A DNA stretch of 41,831 bases. It comes from a virus. Position numbers and translations under genes: made by a program. Shown piece by piece: positions 18,091 through 24,914 of the stretch (position 1 is the stretch's first letter; every line of letters begins with the position of its first letter). The notes under the pieces were generated by a model. It saw only the letters and a program-made list of their open reading frames with translations, had not been told where the DNA came from and searched no databases. The stretch lies in IMG/VR virus record IMGVR_UViG_3300029378_000011; one strand, written 5' to 3'.

Positions 18091-18146
18091 CGTTTTTGCA
18101 CACAATTGGTGTACACTGTAACTACATTATTGCAGAATCAAGGCAG

Positions 18147-18179
18147 AATCCGGGCAGTTTATTTGCCCGGATTTCTTTT
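18147..18179 (+). terminator. Second rho-independent terminator (or leader attenuator) 60 nt downstream of the first
   Basis: AATCCGGGC / GCCCGGATT 9-bp stem, followed by TCTTTTA. Confidence 0.7.
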
Positions 18180-18204
18180 ATTATAGAGGCAAGGAGGCGG
18201 GAAT

Positions 18205-18345
18205 ATGTACGAGCGCTTAATCAAATGCGGGTTTACCGCGCAAATGGCGCAGGATATTTGCATTCTGTACGCAGACGATCCCCAGGGGCTTTTAGCGTAT
18301 GTGGAAATTGCTGAAAGCCTATATAGGGGTTGCAATCATGTATAA
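18205..18345 (+). CDS. Hypothetical small protein (46 aa)
   Basis: AAGGAGG lies 8 nt upstream. Hand-translated as MYERLIKCGFTAQMAQDICILYADDPQGLLAYVEIAESLYRGCNHV. It overlaps the next start. Confidence 0.45.
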   Translation: MYERLIKCGFTAQMAQDICILYADDPQGLLAYVEIAESLYRGCNHV

Positions 18346-18721
18346 ATATTTTAACCCAAATCCCTGCGGGAAAAACGTGTCCGATTGCACTGTCCGTGCG
18401 ATCTGTAAGGCCACGGGAAAGGATTGGGGCGAGGTTTATCTCCGGCTGTGCATGCGTGGCTACTTGGACGGCGATTTACCCAATGCAAACGCCTGTTGGG
18501 GCGCATATCTGCGGTCCTTAGGCTACCGGAGATACATCATACCGGACACTTGCCCGGACTGTTACACGGTCGGCAGGTTTGCCGATGAGCACCCGCGCGG
18601 GACATATATTCTCGCCCTCTCTGGGCATGTAGTGTGCGTTCAGGACGGGATCATCTATGACAGCTGGAACAGCGAGAACGAAATCCCGCTTTATTTCTGG
18701 GACAAAGAAACGGAGGAATGA
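18338..18721 (+). CDS. Hypothetical protein with a conserved Cys...His pattern (possible papain-like fold)
   Basis: MYKYFNPNPCGKNVSDCTVRA ... GTYILALSGHVVCVQDG ... DSW. The Cys-then-His-then-Asp order suggests a thiol hydrolase. This is inference only. Confidence 0.5.
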   Translation: MYKYFNPNPCGKNVSDCTVRAICKATGKDWGEVYLRLCMRGYLDGDLPNANACWGAYLRSLGYRRYIIPDTCPDCYTVGRFADEHPRGTYILALSGHVVCVQDGIIYDSWNSENEIPLYFWDKETEE

Positions 18722-18723
18722 AC

Positions 18724-19161
18724 ATGGCATATCCCTATTTCAACCCCTATTATCCGCAGCCGATGCCGGACAACCTCATGCAGATGCGGCAGATGCAGCA
18801 GCCACAGATGCAGCCCATGCAGCAGCCTATGTCGCAGCCAGGGCAACAGAACCCCATCGCGCAAGGCGGCGTACAGTGGGTAAGCGGAGAGCAGGAGGCA
18901 AGAGGTTATCTCATCGCGCCCAACTCTGCCGTAGCGCTGTGGGATTCCACCGCCCCCACCGTTTACCTCAAGCAGGCAGACGCAAGCGGGAAACCGACGC
19001 TCAAGATTTATGACCTCGTAGAACGCACAGAAACGGCCCCTAACGCGCCGCAAAAGCCGGGCGTGGAATTTGTCACCCGCAAGGAGTTTGACGCGCTGGC
19101 GGCGCTTGTGGGCGAATTGAAGGGCAAGAAGAAGCGCAAGGAGGACGATGACGATGAATAA
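18724..19161 (+). CDS. Hypothetical protein with a Pro/Gln/Met-rich N-terminus and a KKKRKEDDDDE tail
   Basis: GGAGG lies 7 nt upstream of the ATG at 18724. Confidence 0.55.
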   Translation: MAYPYFNPYYPQPMPDNLMQMRQMQQPQMQPMQQPMSQPGQQNPIAQGGVQWVSGEQEARGYLIAPNSAVALWDSTAPTVYLKQADASGKPTLKIYDLVERTETAPNAPQKPGVEFVTRKEFDALAALVGELKGKKKRKEDDDDE

Positions 19162-19354
19162 TCCCTTTTTCGGAGCGCTCGGCGGCGGCAACGGCTTTAT
19201 GCAGATGTTGCAGCAGTTCCAACAGTTTAGGGCGAATTTTCAGGGTAACCCAAAAGCGGAGGTCGACAAGCTTTTGCAATCTGGGGCTATGAGCCAGCAA
19301 GAGTTAAACCAACTTCAATCTATGGCAAAACAGTTCGAGCATTTATTCCATTGA
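19148..19354 (+). CDS. Hypothetical small Gln-rich protein (68 aa)
   Basis: ORF overlapping the upstream gene end. Confidence 0.45.
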   Translation: MTMNNPFFGALGGGNGFMQMLQQFQQFRANFQGNPKAEVDKLLQSGAMSQQELNQLQSMAKQFEHLFH

Positions 19355-19405
19355 TCTTATCGTGGCCACGATTTGATAAATAAAATTTATGAAAGGGGAG
19401 ATAAT

Positions 19406-20113
19406 ATGTCTCTTTCCGACGGTGCTCCCATGATGACTATGCCGGTCGCGCCCGCGAACAGCTACGGCGGTGGCATGGGTATGTGGGGCGAAAACTGGAT
19501 CTGGATTATCGTTCTTTTCCTCTTCGGCTGGGGCCGCAACGGCTGGGGCAACAACGCTGGCAATTCCGGCGGTGTCGTAGACGGCTACGTGCTGACCTCT
19601 GATTTTGCCAATGTCGAGCGCAAGATCGACAGCGTAAATCAGGGCCTTTGCGACGGATTTTACCAGCAGGCGCAGCTTGTCAACGGCACCAACATGGCGA
19701 TGGCAAACGGCTTTGCACAGGCCGAGCTGTCCCGTAGCAACCAGCAAGCGGCGCTGATGCAGCAGCTCAACGCCATGCAGATGCAGGCCGCAAATTGCTG
19801 CTGCGAGAATCGCGCGGCTATCGCGCAGGTGCGCTATGACATGGCGGCGCAGGCGTGCGACACGCGCAACACCGTGCAGAACGCGACCCGCGACATCATC
19901 GACAACGCTAACAGCAACAGCCGCGCAATCCTCGACTTCCTGACGCAGAGCAAGCTCTCTGACCTCCAGGCCGAGAACCAGGGCTTGAAGCTGGCGGCAA
20001 GCCAGGCGGCGCAGAACAGTTATCTGGTGTCTCAGCTCCGGCCTTCTCCCATTCCGGCCTACACGGTGCAGAACCCCTATTGCTGCAACCAGTTTGCCTG
20101 TTGTGGCTGCTGA
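19406..20113 (+). CDS. Membrane-anchored Gln/Asn/Ala-rich coiled-coil protein with Cys clusters
   Basis: GGGGAG RBS. Gly/Trp-rich N-terminus with TM segment WIWIIVLFLFGW, an internal CCC, and a C-terminal YCCNQFACCGC. Confidence 0.6.
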   Translation: MSLSDGAPMMTMPVAPANSYGGGMGMWGENWIWIIVLFLFGWGRNGWGNNAGNSGGVVDGYVLTSDFANVERKIDSVNQGLCDGFYQQAQLVNGTNMAMANGFAQAELSRSNQQAALMQQLNAMQMQAANCCCENRAAIAQVRYDMAAQACDTRNTVQNATRDIIDNANSNSRAILDFLTQSKLSDLQAENQGLKLAASQAAQNSYLVSQLRPSPIPAYTVQNPYCCNQFACCGC

Positions 20114-20179
20114 CAACTGCATAGCGTAGCTTTTCCCTATGTTGGGAAATGGTCGGCCCCGTGCCGATACTAAACAAAA

Positions 20180-20212
20180 GCGGCGGGGCAATAGCCCTGC
20201 CGCTGTATTTTA
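20180..20212 (+). terminator. Rho-independent terminator
   Basis: GCGGCGGGG / CCCTGCCGC stem (one G-T pair), followed by TGTATTTTA. Confidence 0.6.
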
Positions 20213-20228
20213 TGAAAGGACTGAAATT

Positions 20229-20651
20229 ATGGCTGAATATGTAAATCCCGGAATCGTGACCGTCCCTGCTGGCCAGAATGTTCCGATGGTCTCCACGGCG
20301 GCTTGCGGCAAGCCCTGCATCGTCCACCGCGAGGGCAGTGGACTTGTCACCCTGCGCGGATTGACGCAGCAGTGTAAGGCGCGCTTTAAGGTGAGCTTTG
20401 GCGCGAACATCGCCGTCCCCACTGGCGGCACGGTAGGCGCGATCACCACGGCGCTTGCCGTCAACGGCGAAGCACTCAACGGAGCAACGGCGACCGTCAC
20501 CCCGGCTGCGGTGGAAAACTATTTTAACGTCTACGTCAGCACCATTGTGGAAGTGCCGCGTGGTTGCTGCGTGACCGTTGCAGCAAAGAACACCAGCGCG
20601 GAGGCGGTCAGCTTTGCCAATAGCAACCTGACCATCGACCGTGTGAGCTGA
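20229..20651 (+). CDS. Beta-rich protein resembling BclA-C / C1q-TNF-like jelly-roll proteins of Firmicutes
   Basis: The pattern GSGLVTLRG...FKVSFGANIAV...LAVNGEALNG...NTS...NSNLTIDRV is recognised from memory only. Confidence 0.45.
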   Translation: MAEYVNPGIVTVPAGQNVPMVSTAACGKPCIVHREGSGLVTLRGLTQQCKARFKVSFGANIAVPTGGTVGAITTALAVNGEALNGATATVTPAAVENYFNVYVSTIVEVPRGCCVTVAAKNTSAEAVSFANSNLTIDRVS

Positions 20652-20665
20652 GAAAGGAGAACACA

Positions 20666-21073
20666 ATGGGTATGAAATCTATGTATGAACTGCGGGATAT
20701 GCTCTGCAAGGAGCTGGACGAACTGGCCCGAAAAGGCGAATTGGGTGCGGGTGACCTGGAAATTGCCCACAAACTGACAGCAACCATCAAGAACATCGAT
20801 AAGATCGAGATGATGGAAGACGGCGGCTATTCCCGCGATGAAGACTATTCTCGCCGCTATTCCCGCGACGGAGACTGGCAGTCGGGCATGCGCGGCGCTT
20901 ATGACCGTGATATGTCCAATGCGAGACGCGGCACGCATTATGTGCGCGGCCACTATTCCCGTGATGGTGGCATCGACAACATGAAACGCCAGTTGCAGGA
21001 AATGCTGGACAACGCCGACGACGAAAGCATCCGCAGAGCCATCCAGCGCTGCATGGACACGATCGAGGACTAA
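20666..21073 (+). CDS. Hypothetical protein with YSRD repeats
   Basis: AAAGGAG RBS. GYSRDEDYSRRYSRDGD...HYSRDGG lies between two helical ends. Confidence 0.5.
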   Translation: MGMKSMYELRDMLCKELDELARKGELGAGDLEIAHKLTATIKNIDKIEMMEDGGYSRDEDYSRRYSRDGDWQSGMRGAYDRDMSNARRGTHYVRGHYSRDGGIDNMKRQLQEMLDNADDESIRRAIQRCMDTIED

Positions 21074-21088
21074 AGGGGGGGCACCCCT

Positions 21089-21412
21089 ATGGTCGATGAG
21101 AATGAGGTCAAGCGCTGGATAGCTCGCCTTGAAACAGAAGAATCGAGCTGGACAAACTATGAGAAACTGGCGGCGCTCTACATTATCCGTAACGAGCACG
21201 GCGGGGAGCAACTGCAGGCGAAAGCGCCCCCAATGCTGTATTCTGCAGAGCCTGCGCCGGCCAAGAGAATAAAACCCTCCGGCAGTGAATTTTTGAAAGC
21301 GGTCGGGAATGTAGCGCAGGATAGGGCGTGGGAAGTTATGGACGAGCTTATGGACACACTAAAAATCGTCAATGAGAAAGCTTATAACAGCGTCCTAAAA
21401 AAACTAACCTAA
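21089..21412 (+). CDS. Hypothetical protein (107 aa)
   Basis: ORF with a GGGGGG purine run upstream. It is the last gene before attP. Confidence 0.45.
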   Translation: MVDENEVKRWIARLETEESSWTNYEKLAALYIIRNEHGGEQLQAKAPPMLYSAEPAPAKRIKPSGSEFLKAVGNVAQDRAWEVMDELMDTLKIVNEKAYNSVLKKLT

Positions 21413-21439
21413 ATCGCTACTACTAACACGTTACTAACA
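21402..21439 (+). repeat. Three direct copies of ACTAAC(A) (21403, 21422, 21433): candidate integrase arm-type sites (left arm)
   Basis: Read directly. The last two copies are 11 bp apart. Confidence 0.45.
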
Positions 21440-21464
21440 AAGTTAATCTTGGCAAAAATAAAAA

Positions 21465-21493
21465 AGTCCGGGAACCCTTGAGATTCCTGGACT
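21465..21493. terminator. Bidirectional terminator. It acts as the terminator of the tRNA fragment on the minus strand.
   Basis: AGTCCGGGAA / TTCCTGGACT stem flanked by AAAAAA and TTTTTT. Confidence 0.7.
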
Positions 21494-21497
21494 TTTT

Positions 21498-21538
21498 TGG
21501 TGGAGACTGCTGGACTCGAACCAGTGACCTCCTGCGTG
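21498..21538 (-). other. attP core: 3' portion of a tRNA gene (T-arm, acceptor 3' strand and CCA)
   Basis: The reverse complement reads ...GGTCACTGGTTCGAGTCCAGCAGTCTCCACCA. No matching 5' half or anticodon arm is present. Confidence 0.7.
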
Positions 21539-21657
21539 TGAATTATAATCGTTTTGAATATATAGGCACAAAAGTTAATAAGAATAACAATATTTGTTGC
21601 GATTTTGCAACTTTTCGCAGAGCAATTTTGCAAGGGCTTGCCTTGGCTCCCGTCGGT

Positions 21658-21677
21658 AACTAACAAACTACTAACAA
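21658..21677 (+). repeat. Two more direct ACTAACAA copies (21659, 21670): candidate arm-type sites (right arm)
   Basis: Same orientation and the same 11-bp spacing as the left-arm copies. Confidence 0.4.
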
Positions 21678-22672
21678 ATTTTCGCCTTTTTAACGGCCTG
21701 CACCAATTCCTCCGCTGATGTATGGACGTATATATTTGCGGTAGTGGAGTAGTTGGCGTGGCCGAGGATCCTCTGTAGCGTTTCCGGAGCAATCCCCGCT
21801 TTTCTCGCCCAGCTCGCATAGGTGTGCCGGGTGGAGTGCGGCGTTTTGCGCTGGATTTTTAATTTTTCCAAAAGCGGGTAATAATCCCGGCGGCGGAAGT
21901 TTGCTGGGATTTTTTCCCCAGCATAGCCGGATATGAGCAGTGGGCCAGTAGCCTTATTTGCAAAATAGGCAAAGTATGGGATCCCTTCGGGGCGGATTGG
22001 GATGATCCTGTTTCGCCCAGCCTCCGTCTTTTCACCGCCGACCACATAATCTTTGTGATAATCTTTAGCCGGTAGGGAAAACAATTCCCCTATGCGCATT
22101 CCTGTGTAAATCAGCATGAGGATAATTTTTGCGGTGTCGCTGCCGTCCGCTTCCAGCTTGCTTATTTCAGCATCGGTAAATGTTTCTTTTTCTTTTTTTG
22201 TGTTTTCGGGGAGCTGGACGAATTTTGCAAAATTTGTTGTGATGATCTCCTCGCGCATGGCCCATGTGGACATCTGCGTTATGAGTTGCTTATACTTGGA
22301 CACAGTGCTATGGGATTTATGCATATGGGCATCCAGTACGCCCTGGAAATCCGCCGTTTTTAAGTCCCGGAACTTCCGGTCGTGCAGCGGCGCAAAAATC
22401 TTAAATGCGCCGTCATAGCCTTCTATACCGTTTGGCCCTATTTTTTTGTAATGCTCCTCTTTCCAAGCGTCAAACACCTGGGCAAAGGTCATGTTGTACC
22501 GCTCCGTTAAATCCTTGCCTGCAAGACGTTCCAGCGCCGCTATAGCATCTTTTTTGGTGGGGTAATATCCTATAATGATTTTTTGCTTTGCAGCCACCCA
22601 GGGCCTGCGTCGGCGCCCGGCGAGCTTATACACTGTCCCGGTTCCGTTGGCCCTCCTCATTGCTTTTCCCAT
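21671..22672 (-). CDS. int: Tyrosine integrase (phage integrase family)
   Basis: ATG at 22672 follows TAGGAGGATAAAA. C-terminal HSTRHTYASWARKAGI...LGHANYSTTANIYVH (R-H-R-Y catalytic pattern). Confidence 0.9.
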   Translation of the reverse strand: MGKAMRRANGTGTVYKLAGRRRRPWVAAKQKIIIGYYPTKKDAIAALERLAGKDLTERYNMTFAQVFDAWKEEHYKKIGPNGIEGYDGAFKIFAPLHDRKFRDLKTADFQGVLDAHMHKSHSTVSKYKQLITQMSTWAMREEIITTNFAKFVQLPENTKKEKETFTDAEISKLEADGSDTAKIILMLIYTGMRIGELFSLPAKDYHKDYVVGGEKTEAGRNRIIPIRPEGIPYFAYFANKATGPLLISGYAGEKIPANFRRRDYYPLLEKLKIQRKTPHSTRHTYASWARKAGIAPETLQRILGHANYSTTANIYVHTSAEELVQAVKKAKIC

Positions 22673-22682
22673 TTTTATCCTC

Positions 22683-23282
22683 CTACCCTGTATTTTTATC
22701 AGTTTGATGGTGCCTGTAATATCGCAGCGCATTAATCAGCGAAGCAATGATTACACCGACGCCCACCGCAAGCAGAGCAAATAGCATCCAGCCGAGTGAT
22801 GTAATCTTCCCGTTGCGGATAAGCCCTGTTTGCGGGACGCTTGAGTCAAACGCCAAATATCCAAATATTATGGATACGGAAATCGACAGCGAAAGTGCCA
22901 GGATATACACCCAAATTTGCAATACTCGCTCCTTTTTTTCATGCTTTGCCACTGATCCGGTCAGTTGCTCCATGCCGCCCTCTAAGTGCGCAATGCGTAG
23001 GGCTGCGCTATGCTTTGCATCTGCATCGGCCATTGCTCTGTGTGCCTCTGCCAGCTGCTCCTCCGTGGTTGGTCTCTTTACGATACCAAAATACTCATCT
23101 ATAGACACACCGAGGGCGGCGCATATAATCCCCATTTTGTATAGGCTTGGATCCTTTGACGACGCAGAAAAGTAATTGCTGATCGTGGACGATGACAGAT
23201 CTGTTAAATCGGCTAAGTCTTGCGTGGTAAGATGCTGGTACTCCTTTGCCTCTCTGCAAATATCCTGCAAAGTTTTTTCCAT
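22683..23282 (-). CDS. Membrane-anchored XRE-family HTH protein
   Basis: N-terminal HTH (LTTQDLADLTDLSSSTISNYFS), a central helical linker and two C-terminal TM helices (IWVYILALSLSISVSIIFGYLAF; WMLFALLAVGVGVIIASLINAL). Confidence 0.7.
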   Translation of the reverse strand: MEKTLQDICREAKEYQHLTTQDLADLTDLSSSTISNYFSASSKDPSLYKMGIICAALGVSIDEYFGIVKRPTTEEQLAEAHRAMADADAKHSAALRIAHLEGGMEQLTGSVAKHEKKERVLQIWVYILALSLSISVSIIFGYLAFDSSVPQTGLIRNGKITSLGWMLFALLAVGVGVIIASLINALRYYRHHQTDKNTG

Positions 23283-23429
23283 TTCTTCCCCTCCTGCCTT
23301 ATTTCGGGCAAACCTCTCCGTTTGTTTTTATCTGCTAATCGTATATTATCCGGTTTTTGGATTGACTTGCCAAACAACAAACTGATACTGTGGGTATGCG
23401 GCCAAGAGCCAGTGACGGCGATAGGCGGC

Positions 23430-23466
23430 AAAAAATCCCCACCGTCCGGTGCGGGGGCGGTGGGGA
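23430..23466 (-). terminator. Rho-independent terminator of the small basic-protein gene
   Basis: On the minus strand: TCCCCACCG...CGGTGGGGA followed by TTTTTT. Confidence 0.7.
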
Positions 23467-23492
23467 CTATATGAAATAATCTTCTGTGGATT

Positions 23493-23654
23493 TCACTTAA
23501 TCCCCAATAGCTTGCCGGCTTTTCTTTGCCGCCCCGCCTTTGTTGTAGGAATTCCCGTTGCTTTTGCAATCTTGCGTTTTGCGCTGGTAATTCCAAGCGC
23601 ACGTTTCCAGCTAAAGGAAAGCCCTGGTATTTTAAAGGAAGATTTTTTAGCCAT
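23493..23654 (-). CDS. Small, very basic protein (53 aa: MAKKSSFKIPGLSFSWKRALGITSAKRKIAKATGIPTTKAGRQRKAGKLLGIK)
   Basis: Hand-translated. AAGGAG lies 9 nt upstream and the gene has its own terminator. Confidence 0.55.
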   Translation of the reverse strand: MAKKSSFKIPGLSFSWKRALGITSAKRKIAKATGIPTTKAGRQRKAGKLLGIK

Positions 23655-23786
23655 TTCTAATTATGCTCCTTCTTAAAAAATTTTTTGTATTGTTGCCCTA
23701 AACTGTGCAACAAATGCCATATTTTGACTATAGGTAGATAAACCGAAAGGAGAAATAATGTGGATTGTAAGCAGAAAAGTATAAAG

Positions 23787-23930
23787 ATGGAAATTGTAAG
23801 CTGTGAAACGGGAAATAAATGTGATATAATAAAGAATGCAGAGCATATTGCGTTACTTTCTGAGGCGATTTCTTTGGCGAGTAAAATGACCCGCAATCAG
23901 TTTGATAAAATTATGGAGGCGATAAAATGA
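23787..23930 (+). CDS. Possible small ORF (47 aa) in the AT-rich spacer
   Basis: Hand-translated as MEIVSCETGNKCDIIKNAEHIALLSEAISLASKMTRNQFDKIMEAIK. The RBS is weak. Confidence 0.2.
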   Translation: MEIVSCETGNKCDIIKNAEHIALLSEAISLASKMTRNQFDKIMEAIK

Positions 23931-23981
23931 AAATTTGGGCTATCAGTAAAGAAAACGGCTACGAGCGCGAAATACTCATAA

Positions 23982-24344
23982 TTAATTCTCCAAAGCCCCG
24001 CGGGCGGCTTTAATAAAAATCCGCAGGGTTTCCTTATCCATTTTTTTCAAAAGCTCGACAGCTTCTTTCAAATCTTCATCTTCCATTACGCCCTCGATCT
24101 CCGGATCGGGGGCTTTTTTTGCGCCCTCCGAAGCTGCGTTGGCGGCTACATCGTCTGGCATAATGTCCTCTACGGAAACGCCGAGATATTCGGCAATAGC
24201 GGGAAGGCGAGCATTTGACGGCTTAGTTTTCCGCGTGTTCCATTGGCTATAAATGCTATTTGATAGCCCTAATGCGCGGCTTAAATCGGCTCCATTTTTG
24301 CCATTTTTGCTCAAGTAAAAGTTGATTTTGTCTATAGCGTCCAT
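23982..24344 (-). CDS. CI-like repressor (XRE HTH, no peptidase domain)
   Basis: HTH GADLSRALGLSNSIYSQWNTRKTKP. It is divergent from the Cro-like gene. The start is ATG 24344, or alternatively GTG 24350. Confidence 0.75.
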   Translation of the reverse strand: MDAIDKINFYLSKNGKNGADLSRALGLSNSIYSQWNTRKTKPSNARLPAIAEYLGVSVEDIMPDDVAANAASEGAKKAPDPEIEGVMEDEDLKEAVELLKKMDKETLRIFIKAARGALEN

Positions 24345-24374
24345 TTGCACCTCGTGTATATTGTGCAGTTCGCC

Positions 24375-24426
24375 AAAACTAATAAAAACTAATAGAAAGC
24401 GGTTGACTTATAATTTCTAATTAGTT
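24375..24426. promoter_or_regulatory. Candidate operators: AAAACTAATA in tandem (24375-24394) and an inverted AACTAAT copy inside the promoter spacer, which contains the CTAATTAG palindrome
   Basis: Read directly. Confidence 0.45.
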
Positions 24427-24431
24427 ATAAT
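24403..24431 (+). promoter_or_regulatory. Consensus sigma-70-type early rightward promoter
   Basis: TTGACT (24403-24408), a 17-nt spacer, then TATAAT (24426-24431). Confidence 0.7.
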
Positions 24432-24578
24432 AAGAATCGGCGGGAGGCAATACAAAACCAAGCCCCCCTGCACTTAGCGGACTGCGGAAAATATTAAGGG
24501 TTGTTGGCACTTCCATAATACCACAGTTTGCTAAGTTGTCAAGTAAAACTTAGTTTTTGTTGATTGCGGAGAGGGAAA

Positions 24579-24649
24579 GCCGCCCTGATGCCGTAACATC
24601 GTGGCGGCGGCCGAGCACTTAGACCGGCGGTTGGACGATGCGGAGCCGG
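24579..24649 (+). promoter_or_regulatory. Two GC-rich hairpins in the ~290-nt leader of the early operon
   Basis: GCCGCC-ct-GATG-ccgtaa-CATC-gt-GGCGGC (24579-24608) and CCGGC...GCCGG (24624-24649). Confidence 0.35.
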
Positions 24650-24719
24650 CTAAAGCTTTTGCACTTTTCCTCGCCGTATTCAACGGAAACTAAGCAAGAA
24701 TCAAACTGGAGGTGACGGA

Positions 24720-24914
24720 ATGAGTTTTCGCAGCGCTCGGGTGGCCGCTGGGCTAAGTGTCCGGCAGGTCATCGAGAAACTAAAGGTGACGGATGCGGCG
24801 GTTTACATGTGGGAGACCGGCACGCAGGCACCGAGAGCCAGCCGCTTGCCGGAGATCGCCGAGCTGTACGGCTGCACGGTGGACGAGCTGTTGAAGAAGG
24901 AGGATGACAAATGA
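24720..24914 (+). CDS. Cro-like XRE HTH regulator
   Basis: 64 aa. GGAGGTG RBS. HTH LSVRQVIEKLKVTDAAVYMWETG. Confidence 0.75.
   Translation: MSFRSARVAAGLSVRQVIEKLKVTDAAVYMWETGTQAPRASRLPEIAELYGCTVDELLKKEDDK

Noticed and set aside
21498-21570. A complete tRNA gene on the minus strand at attP
   Set aside because: Only the T-arm, the acceptor 3' strand and CCA are present. The sequence 5' of the T-arm (on the minus strand) does not form an anticodon or D arm, and there is no complementary acceptor 5' strand.
21478-21663. 61-aa + strand ORF across the attP region
   Set aside because: It spans the tRNA fragment and AT-rich arm DNA and has no RBS.
23213-23602. 129-aa minus-strand ORF
   Set aside because: It crosses a strong terminator hairpin and the upstream region of the HTH-TM gene, and it has no RBS. 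The 53-aa ORF at 23493..23654, in another frame, has a proper RBS and terminator.
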